This document shows positions 17,341 to 26,423 of a stretch of 64,000 nucleotides of DNA, one piece after another. The translations under genes and the position numbers were made by a program. Under the pieces are notes generated by a model. That model saw nothing but the letters and a program-made list of their open reading frames with translations, was not told where the DNA came from and ran no database searches. Source of the DNA: Herpetosiphon sp. NSE202 (GTDB lineage: Bacteria; Chloroflexota; Chloroflexia; Chloroflexales; Herpetosiphonaceae); contig NZ_JBHUPY010000007.1 in the NCBI RefSeq assembly GCF_042688385.1, positions 2,110 to 66,109 of the forward strand, in the 5' to 3' direction. How positions within the stretch are numbered: position 1 is the first letter of the stretch; each line of letters starts with the position of its first letter.

Positions 17341-19644
17341 TTACTCTCCGCTTTCGCTGGGCGTAACTTTTTTGCGGCGACGGGGCTTGGCTGGATCCGC
17401 AGGAGCTGGTGCTTCAGCAACTGGCTCAGCTTTTTTGCGACGAGTGGTTTTCTTAGGTTTTTCTTCGACAACTTCGGCAGTCTCAGCAGCTTTGCGCTTG
17501 CCACCACGTTTTTTGGGCTTTTCAGCCACTGGCTCGGCCGCAGCTTCAACTACTGGCTCAGCCACGACTTCGGCCACAGGCTCGCTGATGACTTCGCCAA
17601 CCGGCTCGGCCACAGCTTCAACCACTGGCTCGGCAACTGGCTCAGCCTGGTTATTGGCGGCAATTGCTTCGGCCACACTCAGCGGCACAATCGACTTGCG
17701 GCGGCGGCTTGGCTTACGTGGCTTGATTGCTGCATTGGTCGCAGCGCCCACGGGAACTTCATAATCGATTGGCTCAGCAAACGAATAATCTGCATCGTTA
17801 TCGGGCAATGGCTGCTCTTCAAAGCTTTCGGGCAAGGCCACTTCGTCGATTGGCGCAGTGTAATCGTCGTCAATCGCAATTGCTTGACCACCAATCATCG
17901 CTGGCAACAAGCGTGGCTCTTCGTCAACCAAATCGGGCAAGCTTGGGCCATCATCGAAGGCGGTATGTTCGCTTGGCTCAAAGCTTGAGCCAGCGGCATC
18001 ATGCTGTTCTGGGTTGAGCACAAGCCGATAGTGGGCTTTGGCTCCGCGATTTGAGCGTTGCACTTTGCCTTCATTAATCGCCTGCTTGATCAATTCCTTC
18101 AAGGCATTATTGGTCAATTCAAGTTCTGCGGTATTGCGCATTTCACGCAAATCGTTAAAGATGTCGGCAAACGGCACAGGCTCGCTGTAAACACCCATCA
18201 CTTGATAGAACAATTGCCATTCGCGCTCGCCAAAGCTAAAGCCTTCGGGTAACGCGGGAACCAAGACCGTTTCGCCCAGTTCATCGGGCACAATATCGGC
18301 GGTTGGTTGCTCGCTACGACTGCTGCCACGGCGGCGACGGCGGCGGCCATTGCGATCGCCACGATCGCTGCTTGCAGTTGCATCTTCGCCTTCGCCTAAT
18401 TCCATTGGCTCGTCGGCAATGCCAATCGTTTCGATTGTAATTGGCGCAATTGCTTCTGCTTGCAATTCAAGCTCTTGTTCAAGCTCGCGTTCTGCTTCAA
18501 CTGAAGGCAGATCTTCGGCAAACTGCGAGAGCTTGTAGGGATCTTCATCGGGCAAGAACACTTCGTTGACCGTGCCACTGGTGAAGATCTGAATCTTGCC
18601 GAGGCGTTCGGCTTCGCGCACAAAATCGGTAAATTTGGTGAATGGTTTGCCCTGAGCGTCGCGATAGCGGCTTTCCTTGAAGTTGGGCATCAACTCTTTC
18701 ATCAAGACTTTAAGCGAGCCAAACGAGGTGACATAGCCGCGTTTGCGGGCTAAGTGCAAGGCCTCGACCAACTTATCGTAGATCGCTGCATCGGGGTTGG
18801 TTGGGGTAGTGGCCACGACTGGCGTAATGCTCGGCGCTGGGCGAACGACAATTTCGGCTGGTTTTTCAACTGGCTTTTCAGTGCGTGGCTCTGGTTTTTC
18901 AGCCCGCGAATCAAGCCGCTCGAAATGTGGTTCGCTGTGTTTTTCTGGGCGTTCGCTGCGATCGCGGCGGCGTTCATCGCGGCCATTGCGCTCGCTGCGC
19001 TCACCACGGTCGCTACGTTCGTTGCGCTCGCTGCGGTCGCCACGTTCTGCGCGGTCGTTGCGCTCAACCCGTTCTGGGCGCTCAACGCGCTCGAAGGTTT
19101 TTTCGCTGCGATCGTGGCGTTCGTTGCGGCGGCCACCCATTGGGCGAATATCGACAATTTGCTCGTAGAACAAAAATTCATCGGCGCTTTGGGCAAGGTG
19201 GCTCGAAGCAGCGCCGCCAATCCCAACGATAATCACATCTTTGCCTTCTTGGCGCACACAGTTGACCAAAGCGATAAAATCGCGGTCGCCGGTGATAAAA
19301 ATATAGGCTCCGATGTTGGTGCGGGTGTAAAGCGTGCGCATGGCATCGATACACATGTGCATATCAACACTATTTTTGATGGGACGGCCCATGCGGCCTT
19401 CGTCCTTATCATAATAGTAGGTTGGCACATACATCGGCTCAATATTATTGGCAAATAAGGCGCTAGTAATGCGTGGGTAACGATACCAATCGGCGTAAGC
19501 GCGGGCTACAACAACACGGCCATAGTCTTCGCAGCGTTCCATCAAGGCTTCGAAATTGGGGGTAGCGTCGAACTTCTCGCGAACTGAAACATAAATGTTC
19601 TCGAAGTCGATAAAAACCGCAACATCCTGCTTGGGTTTGTTCAT
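17341..19644 (-). CDS. NYN (LabA-like) nuclease-domain protein with two OST-HTH/LOTUS-like domains and extensive low-complexity repeats
   Basis: The N-terminus has VAVFIDFENI...ITGDRDF (NYN). The central region is ER/DR-rich ((E/D)R(S/A)ER..). Two OST-HTH-like segments are present (YDKLVEALHLARKRGYVTSFGSLK.., FYQVMGVY..ELIKQAINEGKV). The C-terminus has (AEPV/VAEPV)n repeats and a lysine-rich tail. Confidence 0.7.
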   Translation of the reverse strand: MNKPKQDVAVFIDFENIYVSVREKFDATPNFEALMERCEDYGRVVVARAYADWYRYPRITSALFANNIEPMYVPTYYYDKDEGRMGRPIKNSVDMHMCIDAMRTLYTRTNIGAYIFITGDRDFIALVNCVRQEGKDVIIVGIGGAASSHLAQSADEFLFYEQIVDIRPMGGRRNERHDRSEKTFERVERPERVERNDRAERGDRSERNERSDRGERSERNGRDERRRDRSERPEKHSEPHFERLDSRAEKPEPRTEKPVEKPAEIVVRPAPSITPVVATTPTNPDAAIYDKLVEALHLARKRGYVTSFGSLKVLMKELMPNFKESRYRDAQGKPFTKFTDFVREAERLGKIQIFTSGTVNEVFLPDEDPYKLSQFAEDLPSVEAERELEQELELQAEAIAPITIETIGIADEPMELGEGEDATASSDRGDRNGRRRRRRGSSRSEQPTADIVPDELGETVLVPALPEGFSFGEREWQLFYQVMGVYSEPVPFADIFNDLREMRNTAELELTNNALKELIKQAINEGKVQRSNRGAKAHYRLVLNPEQHDAAGSSFEPSEHTAFDDGPSLPDLVDEEPRLLPAMIGGQAIAIDDDYTAPIDEVALPESFEEQPLPDNDADYSFAEPIDYEVPVGAATNAAIKPRKPSRRRKSIVPLSVAEAIAANNQAEPVAEPVVEAVAEPVGEVISEPVAEVVAEPVVEAAAEPVAEKPKKRGGKRKAAETAEVVEEKPKKTTRRKKAEPVAEAPAPADPAKPRRRKKVTPSESGE

Positions 19645-19894
19645 AGGGATTCCAATGTGCTCCTGGGTAGTTCTTTGTTTCTTGGCATGCCATTAAATTT
19701 CTGGCGAGTGATCGAGTACGGTCACCCATTACCGCTTAAAACTACCAACAATTAGACAAATACAATTTGATATGTGACGACATCAAACCAGTTGGAATGA
19801 TGTATTGCGTGGGCGGCATCGCCTCTCATGGGATACTCAACGCGGCTAGTATACCATATCATCGCTGTCTGTATAGCCCTGAATTTGTGCACAA

Positions 19895-20070
19895 GGGGTC
19901 AGGGGCTAGGAGTCAGGGGTCAGGGGCTAGGCTATTGGTTATAGACTATTGGCTATAGGATGACAAATCAGGATCATAGCAACATATCCGCCGCTAGTTC
20001 ATAGCCTGAAGCGCTTAGCCTTCGTAGGCGGTTGGGTTAAAGCCTAGCCCCTGATGCCTGAATCCTGGCC
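19895..20070. repeat. Word-mosaic element (ggggtcaggggctagg, ctattggctata, catagcc...)
   Basis: Shared modules. It includes an inverted copy of the ggggctagg/cctagcccc module. Confidence 0.65.
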
Positions 20071-20081
20071 CCTACTGACGT

Positions 20082-20110
20082 TTGACGCACATGCAATGGG
20101 TAGGTAGAAT
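20082..20110 (+). promoter_or_regulatory. Sigma70-like promoter candidate: TTGACG, 17-nt spacer, TAGAAT
   Basis: The -35 box ttgacg is at 20082-20087 and the -10 box tagaat at 20105-20110, with an exact 17-nt spacer. It lies 54 nt upstream of the UbiA-family gene. Confidence 0.5.
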
Positions 20111-20163
20111 GATCACTGCTAGGCGAAAGTGATTCGTCAGGCTCAAGGAGTAGAGTAATTTGT

Positions 20164-21096
20164 ATGCAACAGCCCTATAAAATAGCTCAACCGAAACTCT
20201 CAAAAATGCCCAAATATCTGTTTTTGACGATGCGGCCCAAACAGTGGGTCAAGAATATTTTTGTGTTTGCAGGCTTAATTTTTGCCAATGATATGCTCTT
20301 GACCAACCCCCAGAGCTTATTACGGGTGCTCGCAACCTTTGGCCTGTGGTGTTTAATCGCTAGCTCAATTTATCTCATCAACGATTTGGTCGATATTGAA
20401 AAAGATCGCGATCATCCCAAAAAGCGCTATCGCCCGCTGGCAAGTGGCCATCTTGCGCCAAGCAGCGCAATTATCGCAACCCTCATTTTTCTGGGCATTG
20501 GCTTGCCTTTGGCTTGGATGCTGAGCCGTGGCGTAGCAATTATTCTGGCCGTTTACGTGGTGATGCAATTGGCCTATTCGTTTCGGCTCAAGCATGTGGT
20601 GATTCTCGATGTGTTTATCATTGCCGCAGGCTTTGTCTTTCGCACAGTTTCGGGCGCGGTAGTGCTGCGCATCGATATTTCGCCATGGTTGTTGATTTGT
20701 ACTGGGCTGTTGTCGCTGTTTCTGGCGCTGGCCAAACGCCGCCACGAGTTGGTTTTGCTCGAAAGTGGTGCTGGCAGCCATCGCCGTGTGCTCGAAGAAT
20801 ATTCAACCGAGCTGCTGCAAGAAATGATTTCGCTGATTACCGCCAGCACCTTGATTGCCTATATTTTGTATACACTTAACCCAACCAATCCTCATGTGCC
20901 GACCAGTCCTTTTCCATTAATGTTGATCACCGTGCCATTTGTCATTTATGGTATTTTCCGCTACCTCTATTTGGTCTACAAAAAAGATGAAGGCGGTAGC
21001 CCAGAAGAATTGTTGCTTAAAGATTTGCCAATGTTAGCCGATATTGTGCTTTGGGGCATAACGGTTGTGGCAATTATGTATATCTTTCGCCAATAG
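20164..21096 (+). CDS. UbiA-family prenyl/phosphoribosyl transferase (decaprenyl-phosphate phosphoribosyltransferase-like)
   Basis: LTMRPKQWVKNIFVFAGLIFA...NDLVDIEKDRDHPKKRYRPLASG is the UbiA Asp-rich motif with the DPPR-synthase-type N-terminus. It has multiple TM segments. Confidence 0.75.
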   Translation: MQQPYKIAQPKLSKMPKYLFLTMRPKQWVKNIFVFAGLIFANDMLLTNPQSLLRVLATFGLWCLIASSIYLINDLVDIEKDRDHPKKRYRPLASGHLAPSSAIIATLIFLGIGLPLAWMLSRGVAIILAVYVVMQLAYSFRLKHVVILDVFIIAAGFVFRTVSGAVVLRIDISPWLLICTGLLSLFLALAKRRHELVLLESGAGSHRRVLEEYSTELLQEMISLITASTLIAYILYTLNPTNPHVPTSPFPLMLITVPFVIYGIFRYLYLVYKKDEGGSPEELLLKDLPMLADIVLWGITVVAIMYIFRQ

Positions 21097-21105
21097 GAGT
21101 TGGTT

Positions 21106-21570
21106 ATGCAAACACCTCGTTCACCGTGGTTGGATCGCCTGTTTAGCCTTGCAAACCTCGCGGTTATCCCAGGTTGGCTATTGATGATCGGCGCACCACG
21201 TTCACGCTGGACACAACGGGTGATCAACGATGATCGCTTTTTTATTGGGATGGGCGGTCTCTACGCAGCCATGTTGGGTGGCGCACTGGCTGAAAACGAT
21301 GGCAAAGGCTTCAATTTCAGCGCGATGCTCAATCCAACCCTCGATTCGATTGGCAAATTGTTTCAAGAAGGCGGCCCCAAGGGCACATTTGCTGGCTGGA
21401 CGCATTATTTAATCTTTGATTTCTTCGTTGGGCGGGCGATTTTGCGCGATGCTCAAGAGAAAAATATTCCCCATTGGCTGATTGTGCCAGCCTTGATTTG
21501 CACATTAATGAGCGGGCCATTGGGCTTGGCCTATTATCAAGTGCTGTTGCGCTTGCGAGGTGCAGCGTGA
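21106..21570 (+). CDS. Small integral membrane protein (ABA4-like/DUF4281 suspected)
   Basis: AGGAG at 21095-21099 sits 6 nt before the ATG at 21106. Three or four TM helices. Weak similarity call. Confidence 0.45.
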   Translation: MQTPRSPWLDRLFSLANLAVIPGWLLMIGAPRSRWTQRVINDDRFFIGMGGLYAAMLGGALAENDGKGFNFSAMLNPTLDSIGKLFQEGGPKGTFAGWTHYLIFDFFVGRAILRDAQEKNIPHWLIVPALICTLMSGPLGLAYYQVLLRLRGAA

Positions 21571-22073
21571 ACGAACGCCCAATTCGGCGCACGCCGCTGA
21601 TTCGTATGTCGGATATTGTGCTACCCGGCCAGACCAATAACCATGGCACGATGTTTGGTGGTGAAGTCTTGGCGATGATGGACCGCGCGGCAGCGATTGC
21701 CGCGATTCGCTTTTGCCGCCAACAAGTCGTCACCGCTTCGACCGAACGAATCGATTTTCGCACGCCGATTCATCATGGCGATTTGGTTGATATGCTGGCC
21801 AAAGTGATTTACACCGGCACGACTTCGCTGATTGTACGGATCGATGCCTGGGCCGAAGACCCAATTTCTGGCGAACGGCGCTGGTGTACGACCGGCTTTT
21901 ATTCGATGGTTTCGGTGGGCATTGATGGCCGACCGACTGCGATCCCGCGTTTGTTGGTCGAAACCGCAACCGAACAAGCCGATTGGGAGCATGGTGCGAA
22001 GATCAAAGCCTTAATTAGCGAACGGCTCAAAGCCAACGATGCGCCGATTCCCGCTGATCCGCTGACGTTATAA
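21567..22073 (+). CDS. Hotdog-fold acyl-CoA thioesterase (YciA-like)
   Basis: IVLPGQTNNHGTMFGGEVLAMMDRAAAIAA is a 4HBT motif. The start is either the GTG overlapping the upstream stop (GTGA) at 21567 or the ATG at 21606. Confidence 0.75.
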   Translation: MNERPIRRTPLIRMSDIVLPGQTNNHGTMFGGEVLAMMDRAAAIAAIRFCRQQVVTASTERIDFRTPIHHGDLVDMLAKVIYTGTTSLIVRIDAWAEDPISGERRWCTTGFYSMVSVGIDGRPTAIPRLLVETATEQADWEHGAKIKALISERLKANDAPIPADPLTL

Positions 22074-22137
22074 ATTGAAATTCTGCTAACGTGTTGGGCT
22101 AAATGCTCAACACGTTTTTTGATCGATGAGGTGAATT

Positions 22138-23118
22138 ATGCAAGCGATTGTGTTTGATCAAGCTGGCGATGCTGAGGTTTTGAAATTGGCCGAAGTTGCC
22201 GATTTGCAGCCGCAGGCTGGCGAATTGTTGATTCGGGTGCATGCTACCGCCGTCAACCGCGCCGATATTTTGCAGCGCCGTGGGATGTATCCAGCGCCAG
22301 CGGGAGCCTCGGAAATTTTAGGTTTAGAAATTGCTGGCGAAGTGATTGGCCATGGCGCAGGAGTTACAGCGCCAGCGCTGGGCACGCGAATTTGTGCCTT
22401 ATTACCAGGTGGCGGCTATGCCCAACAAGTGGTGATTCCGGCAGAATTGGCAATGCCAATTCCCGCTAATTTGAACTACGAACAAGCAGCTGCTATTCCC
22501 GAAGTCTGGATGACGGCTTATGACAACTTGTTTAACTGGGGTCGTTTGAGCGCTGGTGAACGCTTATTGGTGCATGGCGGCAGCTCAGGCATTGGCACGG
22601 CAGCGATTCAACTGGCAGGTTGGCGCGGTGCTGAAGTGATCATCACTGCTGGCTCGGAGCAAAAAATTGAGCGTTGCCGCGAGTTGGGTGCGCTTGCAGG
22701 CATCAATTATCGCACTGAAGACTGGCCCGAGCGCCTGCAAGAACTGACCAATCAACAAGGCGTTGACGTAGTGTTGGATATGCTAGGAGCCAGCTATTTC
22801 AACGATAACTTGGCCAGTTTGCGGGTTGGCGGGCGTTTGGTGATTATTGCAACCATGGGCGGGGCGCAAACCGAGCTTGATCTGCGCACGTTGATGCTCA
22901 AACGCTTGACGGTGTGTGGCACGACCTTGCGCGCACGCCCGGTTGCCGCCAAAGCTGCGCTGACCCAGCAAATGCTTCAGGATGTATTGCCCCGTTTTGC
23001 AGATGGCACATTTGAGCCAGTAATTGAAGCGGTCTTTGATTTGGCCGATGCTAGCGCTGCCCATCGTTTGCTAGAATCGAGCCAGCACGTGGGCAAAATT
23101 GTGCTGCGAGTGGGCTAG
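22138..23118 (+). CDS. qor: NADPH:quinone oxidoreductase (MDR/zeta-crystallin family)
   Basis: MQAIVFDQAGDAEVLKL...IRVHATAVNRADILQRRGMYP; nucleotide-binding region GGSSGIGTAAIQLA. Confidence 0.85.
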   Translation: MQAIVFDQAGDAEVLKLAEVADLQPQAGELLIRVHATAVNRADILQRRGMYPAPAGASEILGLEIAGEVIGHGAGVTAPALGTRICALLPGGGYAQQVVIPAELAMPIPANLNYEQAAAIPEVWMTAYDNLFNWGRLSAGERLLVHGGSSGIGTAAIQLAGWRGAEVIITAGSEQKIERCRELGALAGINYRTEDWPERLQELTNQQGVDVVLDMLGASYFNDNLASLRVGGRLVIIATMGGAQTELDLRTLMLKRLTVCGTTLRARPVAAKAALTQQMLQDVLPRFADGTFEPVIEAVFDLADASAAHRLLESSQHVGKIVLRVG

Positions 23119-23480
23119 GAGAACAGAGAGCATAGAACAGAGAGCATAGAACAGAGAGCATAGAACATAGTTTGATCCACAAAGGGCACGAATGACGGAA
23201 ACCGCGAAGACCACGAAGAGCGCGAAGAAGGGTTTAACGCAGAGGCGCAGAGAGAACCAGGCTATGGGCTTTTGACTATGGAGATTCTTGAGTTACTACC
23301 CATGTTCCGATAGCCTATAGCCATCAGCCAAAAGCCATCGTTCCTCTGCGCCTCTGCGCCTCTGCGTTAAATGTGATCCACGAAGGCTGTTTTCGCCACA
23401 GATTGGCACAGATTCGGAGGATTAAGCTTTTAACTTCATCCCTCATCCTTCATAATTCATAATTTCGTGGCTCTTTGCTC
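23119..23480. repeat. Word-mosaic element with TIR-like ends (gaacagagagcatagaac x3 at the left, gctctatgttctatag at the right)
   Basis: It contains gatccacaaagg, cgcgaag, tttaacgcagaggcgcagag, atagcc words, ctctgcgcctctgcgcctctgcgttaaa, ccacagattggcacagatt and ttcatccctcatcc. Confidence 0.8.
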
Positions 23481-23486
23481 TATGTT

Positions 23487-24197
23487 CTATAGTTTGGGCA
23501 AGGCTTGGTGGGGAAAGACTTTAACCGCCGAGCCTTTGGCCAAAACAACTGAATAGGGCCTTTCGTTGGCAAGCCAAGCCCACTGCGGGCCATAGATCGC
23601 GCCCCAATCGAAGTGCAGTTGGTAACGCTCCACGGGATACACATCCCACTCAGGGTGCTCAACACGATAGACAATCGGCTTGCCATTGCGCCTGCGCCCA
23701 AAACCCCATTCGTGTTCTTTGAAAAAATGTTCAGTGCTTGCGGCATCAGGGTGATAAAGCTGATTGCTGGCGGTCAGTTTGACCAAATTGGTTTGGCCTT
23801 GCCAGTATAGCGTGTGTTCAACCGTGATTTGGCTTGCACTGTGGTGGGTTTGGCTCTGCAACGGTGCGGCCACATATGGCTCGTTGTAGAGCAGATTCGC
23901 CAAGCTGGCAACCAACCATTGAGGCACAATTTCGCGTATAAACACTACCCCGCGTTGCTGGCCACGACGCACATAAAAACGCAAATTCATCTCGGCAAAA
24001 TTGCGAAAGCCGGGCCAAGCCACGCCTAAAACCTTGGTTTGCAGAAAATCAAACACTACCAAACTCACAAACGCCGAGCCATCACGCCGATCAAGCTCTA
24101 AGCCATTTGGCAAATAGGGCAGCAAAAGTTGATCTGGCACGGCATACGAGATTAAGCCAAGATTGGCCCATTGGGCCGCTAAAAACGCGAAGCTCAT
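23487..24197 (-). CDS. DUF2071 (YqjF-like) family protein
   Basis: The ATG at 24197 is preceded by AAGGAG (5-nt spacer). Sequence MSFAFLAAQWANLGLISYAVP...NFAEMNLRFYVRR. The longer ORF reaching 24284 runs into the repeat. Confidence 0.55.
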   Translation of the reverse strand: MSFAFLAAQWANLGLISYAVPDQLLLPYLPNGLELDRRDGSAFVSLVVFDFLQTKVLGVAWPGFRNFAEMNLRFYVRRGQQRGVVFIREIVPQWLVASLANLLYNEPYVAAPLQSQTHHSASQITVEHTLYWQGQTNLVKLTASNQLYHPDAASTEHFFKEHEWGFGRRRNGKPIVYRVEHPEWDVYPVERYQLHFDWGAIYGPQWAWLANERPYSVVLAKGSAVKVFPHQALPKL

Positions 24198-24204
24198 GTT
24201 TGCT

Positions 24205-24560
24205 CCTTGGTGGATTAGAGATCGGGGTTCAGGGGCTGTGGATTGGAAGGAGGGGCTAGGATTCAGGGGCCAGGGGTCAGTCACACATACTGCCCATAGC
24301 TCAAACTATGATCCCTAATTTTGCCACAGATTGGCACAGATTCTTAGGATTATGATTGTGCCAGCCCACAGCCCATAGCCAAAAGCCATTGTTCCTCTAC
24401 GCCGCTGCGTTAAATGCTGATCCACGAAGGACAAGAAGCATGGAACCGCGAAGATAGGACTTTTGCCTTCTGACTTTTGACTTTTGACTTGCCCCCTAGC
24501 CCTTTCATCCTTCATCCCTCATCCTTCGTCCTTCACTCTGTTCTCTGTTCGTCTGCTATA
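24205..24560. repeat. Word-mosaic element
   Basis: ggggttcaggggct.., ccacagattggcacagatt, catagcc words, ctctacgccgctgcgttaaa, gatccacgaagg, (cttttga)n, ttcatccttcatccctcatcc, ctctgttctctgttc. Confidence 0.8.
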
Positions 24561-24595
24561 CTGAGGCCAATGGTTCTTTAGCTTCGGTAGGCCGA

Positions 24596-25768
24596 TTGAT
24601 GCAACCTGCAAGCCTCAGTATTTTGACCCCAACCCCGCTGTATCCAGCCCATGCTGGCGCGAAAACCCATAGTCTCAATGCTTTACGCCAATTAAGTCAC
24701 TATTATACCGTCGATAGTTATTGTTTAACCAAGCAACCAGAAAGCGTCGATTGGGGGCCGCTAGCGCAATGGTGCCGCGATCTGCGGGCATTCGCGCCAA
24801 CTAAGCCAACGCGGCTCAACCTCGACCCGCCAGCGGTTGATTTGGAGTTTTCGCAGCCGATGTTGGATTATTTGCAGCAACGCTGGCTACAAGCGGCCCC
24901 AAATTTGCTACAACTTGAGGGCACGACAATGGCCCAATATGCGCCGTTTGCACGACGCTTGGGCGTGCAGGCAACTATTTGTACCGTGCACCAAGTTGGG
25001 TTTGTGGCCCAATGGCGACGCTTGCAACGCGAAAAAAGCTGGCCGCTGCGTGCGCGCCGCTTAGCAGGTTTGCTCAGTTTGTGGCTGTATGAGCAGCGTG
25101 CCTTGCGCCATTGCGATTTGCTCGTAACCTTGAGCGAAACCGATCAACAGACCTTGGCGCGTTGGCAGCCCAAATTAAAAATCGTAACCGTGCCTTCGGG
25201 CGTTGATTTAACTGAATGGCCATTATGTCGGCAGCCTCAAGCACCACAGCAAGTGCTATTTGTGGGCAATTATTTTCATCCGCCGAATGTTGAAGGTGCT
25301 TTGTGGCTGGCGCGTGAGGTCTGGCCATTGGTTCAAGCCCAAATGCCTGAGGCGCGTTTGATGCTGGCAGGCCGCAGCCCCACGCCTGAAATTCAACAAC
25401 TGGCGAGTGCTACAATTGAAGTGCCAGGCACAGTCGATGATTTGCGCGCAATTTATCGCCAAAGTCGAGTGGTGGCAGCGCCAATTTTCTGGGGCAGCGG
25501 CGTGCGGATTAAAATTCTCGAAGGCTTGGCGGCGGGCTTGCCGTTGGTAACAACTGCGCTTGCTGCGGAAGGCTTACCACTTAAACCCGAAGAACATGCC
25601 CTGTTTGCCGAGCGCCCAGCAGATTTTGCCGCCGCGCTTGTCCGCGTCTTGCAAAACCCAGCTTTGGGTACACAACTTGGTGACGCAGGCCGCCAGTTAA
25701 TTGCCGAGCGCTACGATTGGCGCGCAATTGGCCTGCAACTACAGCAACACTATCAGGCCTTACTTTAG
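24596..25768 (+). CDS. Family 4 glycosyltransferase (GT-B)
   Basis: VLFVGNYFHPPNVEGALWL ... GVRIKILEGLAAGLPLVTT is the GT4 C-terminal EX7E-type region. Confidence 0.8.
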   Translation: MMQPASLSILTPTPLYPAHAGAKTHSLNALRQLSHYYTVDSYCLTKQPESVDWGPLAQWCRDLRAFAPTKPTRLNLDPPAVDLEFSQPMLDYLQQRWLQAAPNLLQLEGTTMAQYAPFARRLGVQATICTVHQVGFVAQWRRLQREKSWPLRARRLAGLLSLWLYEQRALRHCDLLVTLSETDQQTLARWQPKLKIVTVPSGVDLTEWPLCRQPQAPQQVLFVGNYFHPPNVEGALWLAREVWPLVQAQMPEARLMLAGRSPTPEIQQLASATIEVPGTVDDLRAIYRQSRVVAAPIFWGSGVRIKILEGLAAGLPLVTTALAAEGLPLKPEEHALFAERPADFAAALVRVLQNPALGTQLGDAGRQLIAERYDWRAIGLQLQQHYQALL

Positions 25769-25782
25769 CCAGGAGCTTGAGC

Positions 25783-26121
25783 ATGGAAATGGATCATGTC
25801 GCGGTTGTTGTCAACAATATTGCTGAATCAACTGCATGGTATGTTGAGCAATGTGGAGCACAGGTCTTGTATGCTGACGATACATGGGCTTTTTTGCGGA
25901 TTGGCCAAGGCAAGTTGGCCTTGGTCATGGCCTATCAACACCCGCCGCATGTGGCGGTGCGCGTTGATGAAACCCAGCTGAATGCCCTTGCAGCGCAGCA
26001 CAATCAGCCGATTGATCGCCATCGCGATGGAACCAAAGGCTTTTATCTGCGCGATCCCAATGATAATGTGCTCGAAGTTATTTGCTATCCACCAGCAGAA
26101 ACGGTTTACACTGGGGGCTAG
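25783..26121 (+). CDS. VOC/glyoxalase-family protein
   Basis: MEMDHVAVVVNNIAESTAWY...HVAVRVDE...GFYLRDPNDNVLEV is the paired beta-alpha-beta-beta-beta module. Confidence 0.75.
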   Translation: MEMDHVAVVVNNIAESTAWYVEQCGAQVLYADDTWAFLRIGQGKLALVMAYQHPPHVAVRVDETQLNALAAQHNQPIDRHRDGTKGFYLRDPNDNVLEVICYPPAETVYTGG

Positions 26122-26189
26122 GGTTCAGGGTTCAGGGGTTAGGGTTCAGGCTATTGGCTATTTGTAATAGTTCATCAGGTTAACCACGG

Positions 26190-26330
26190 CTTGATCCCCT
26201 CACCCCCTCTCCCGCCTGCGAGCGACGGGGAACCGCTGAATCAGTGCTCCCCTCGCCCGCGTTCTCGTGGGAGAGGGGCTGGGGGTGAGGGCATGCACCT
26301 GGTTGCCAATCCAATGTACTAGTATAGCTA
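26190..26330. repeat. PE-family element plus a 'gcatgcacctggttgccaatccaatg' tail, forming a direct repeat with 27196-27336
   Basis: The two copies are near-identical over about 140 bp, in the same orientation, and flank the carbonic anhydrase gene. Confidence 0.8.
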
Positions 26331-26423
26331 TGGGCTACTGAACCTTCGCGCTTTTCGCGATCTTCGCGCTTTCAAGCCTTCGTGGTGCTTAGTAGTACTT
26401 CATGAATCAAATTTACGAGGAGC

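Noticed and set aside
17219-19458. Several plus-strand ORFs (181, 234, 123, 115 aa) antisense to the NYN-protein gene
   Set aside because: These are low-complexity translations of the repeat DNA, with no RBS. The minus-strand gene has a clear NYN N-terminus and a stop/start junction with trpF.
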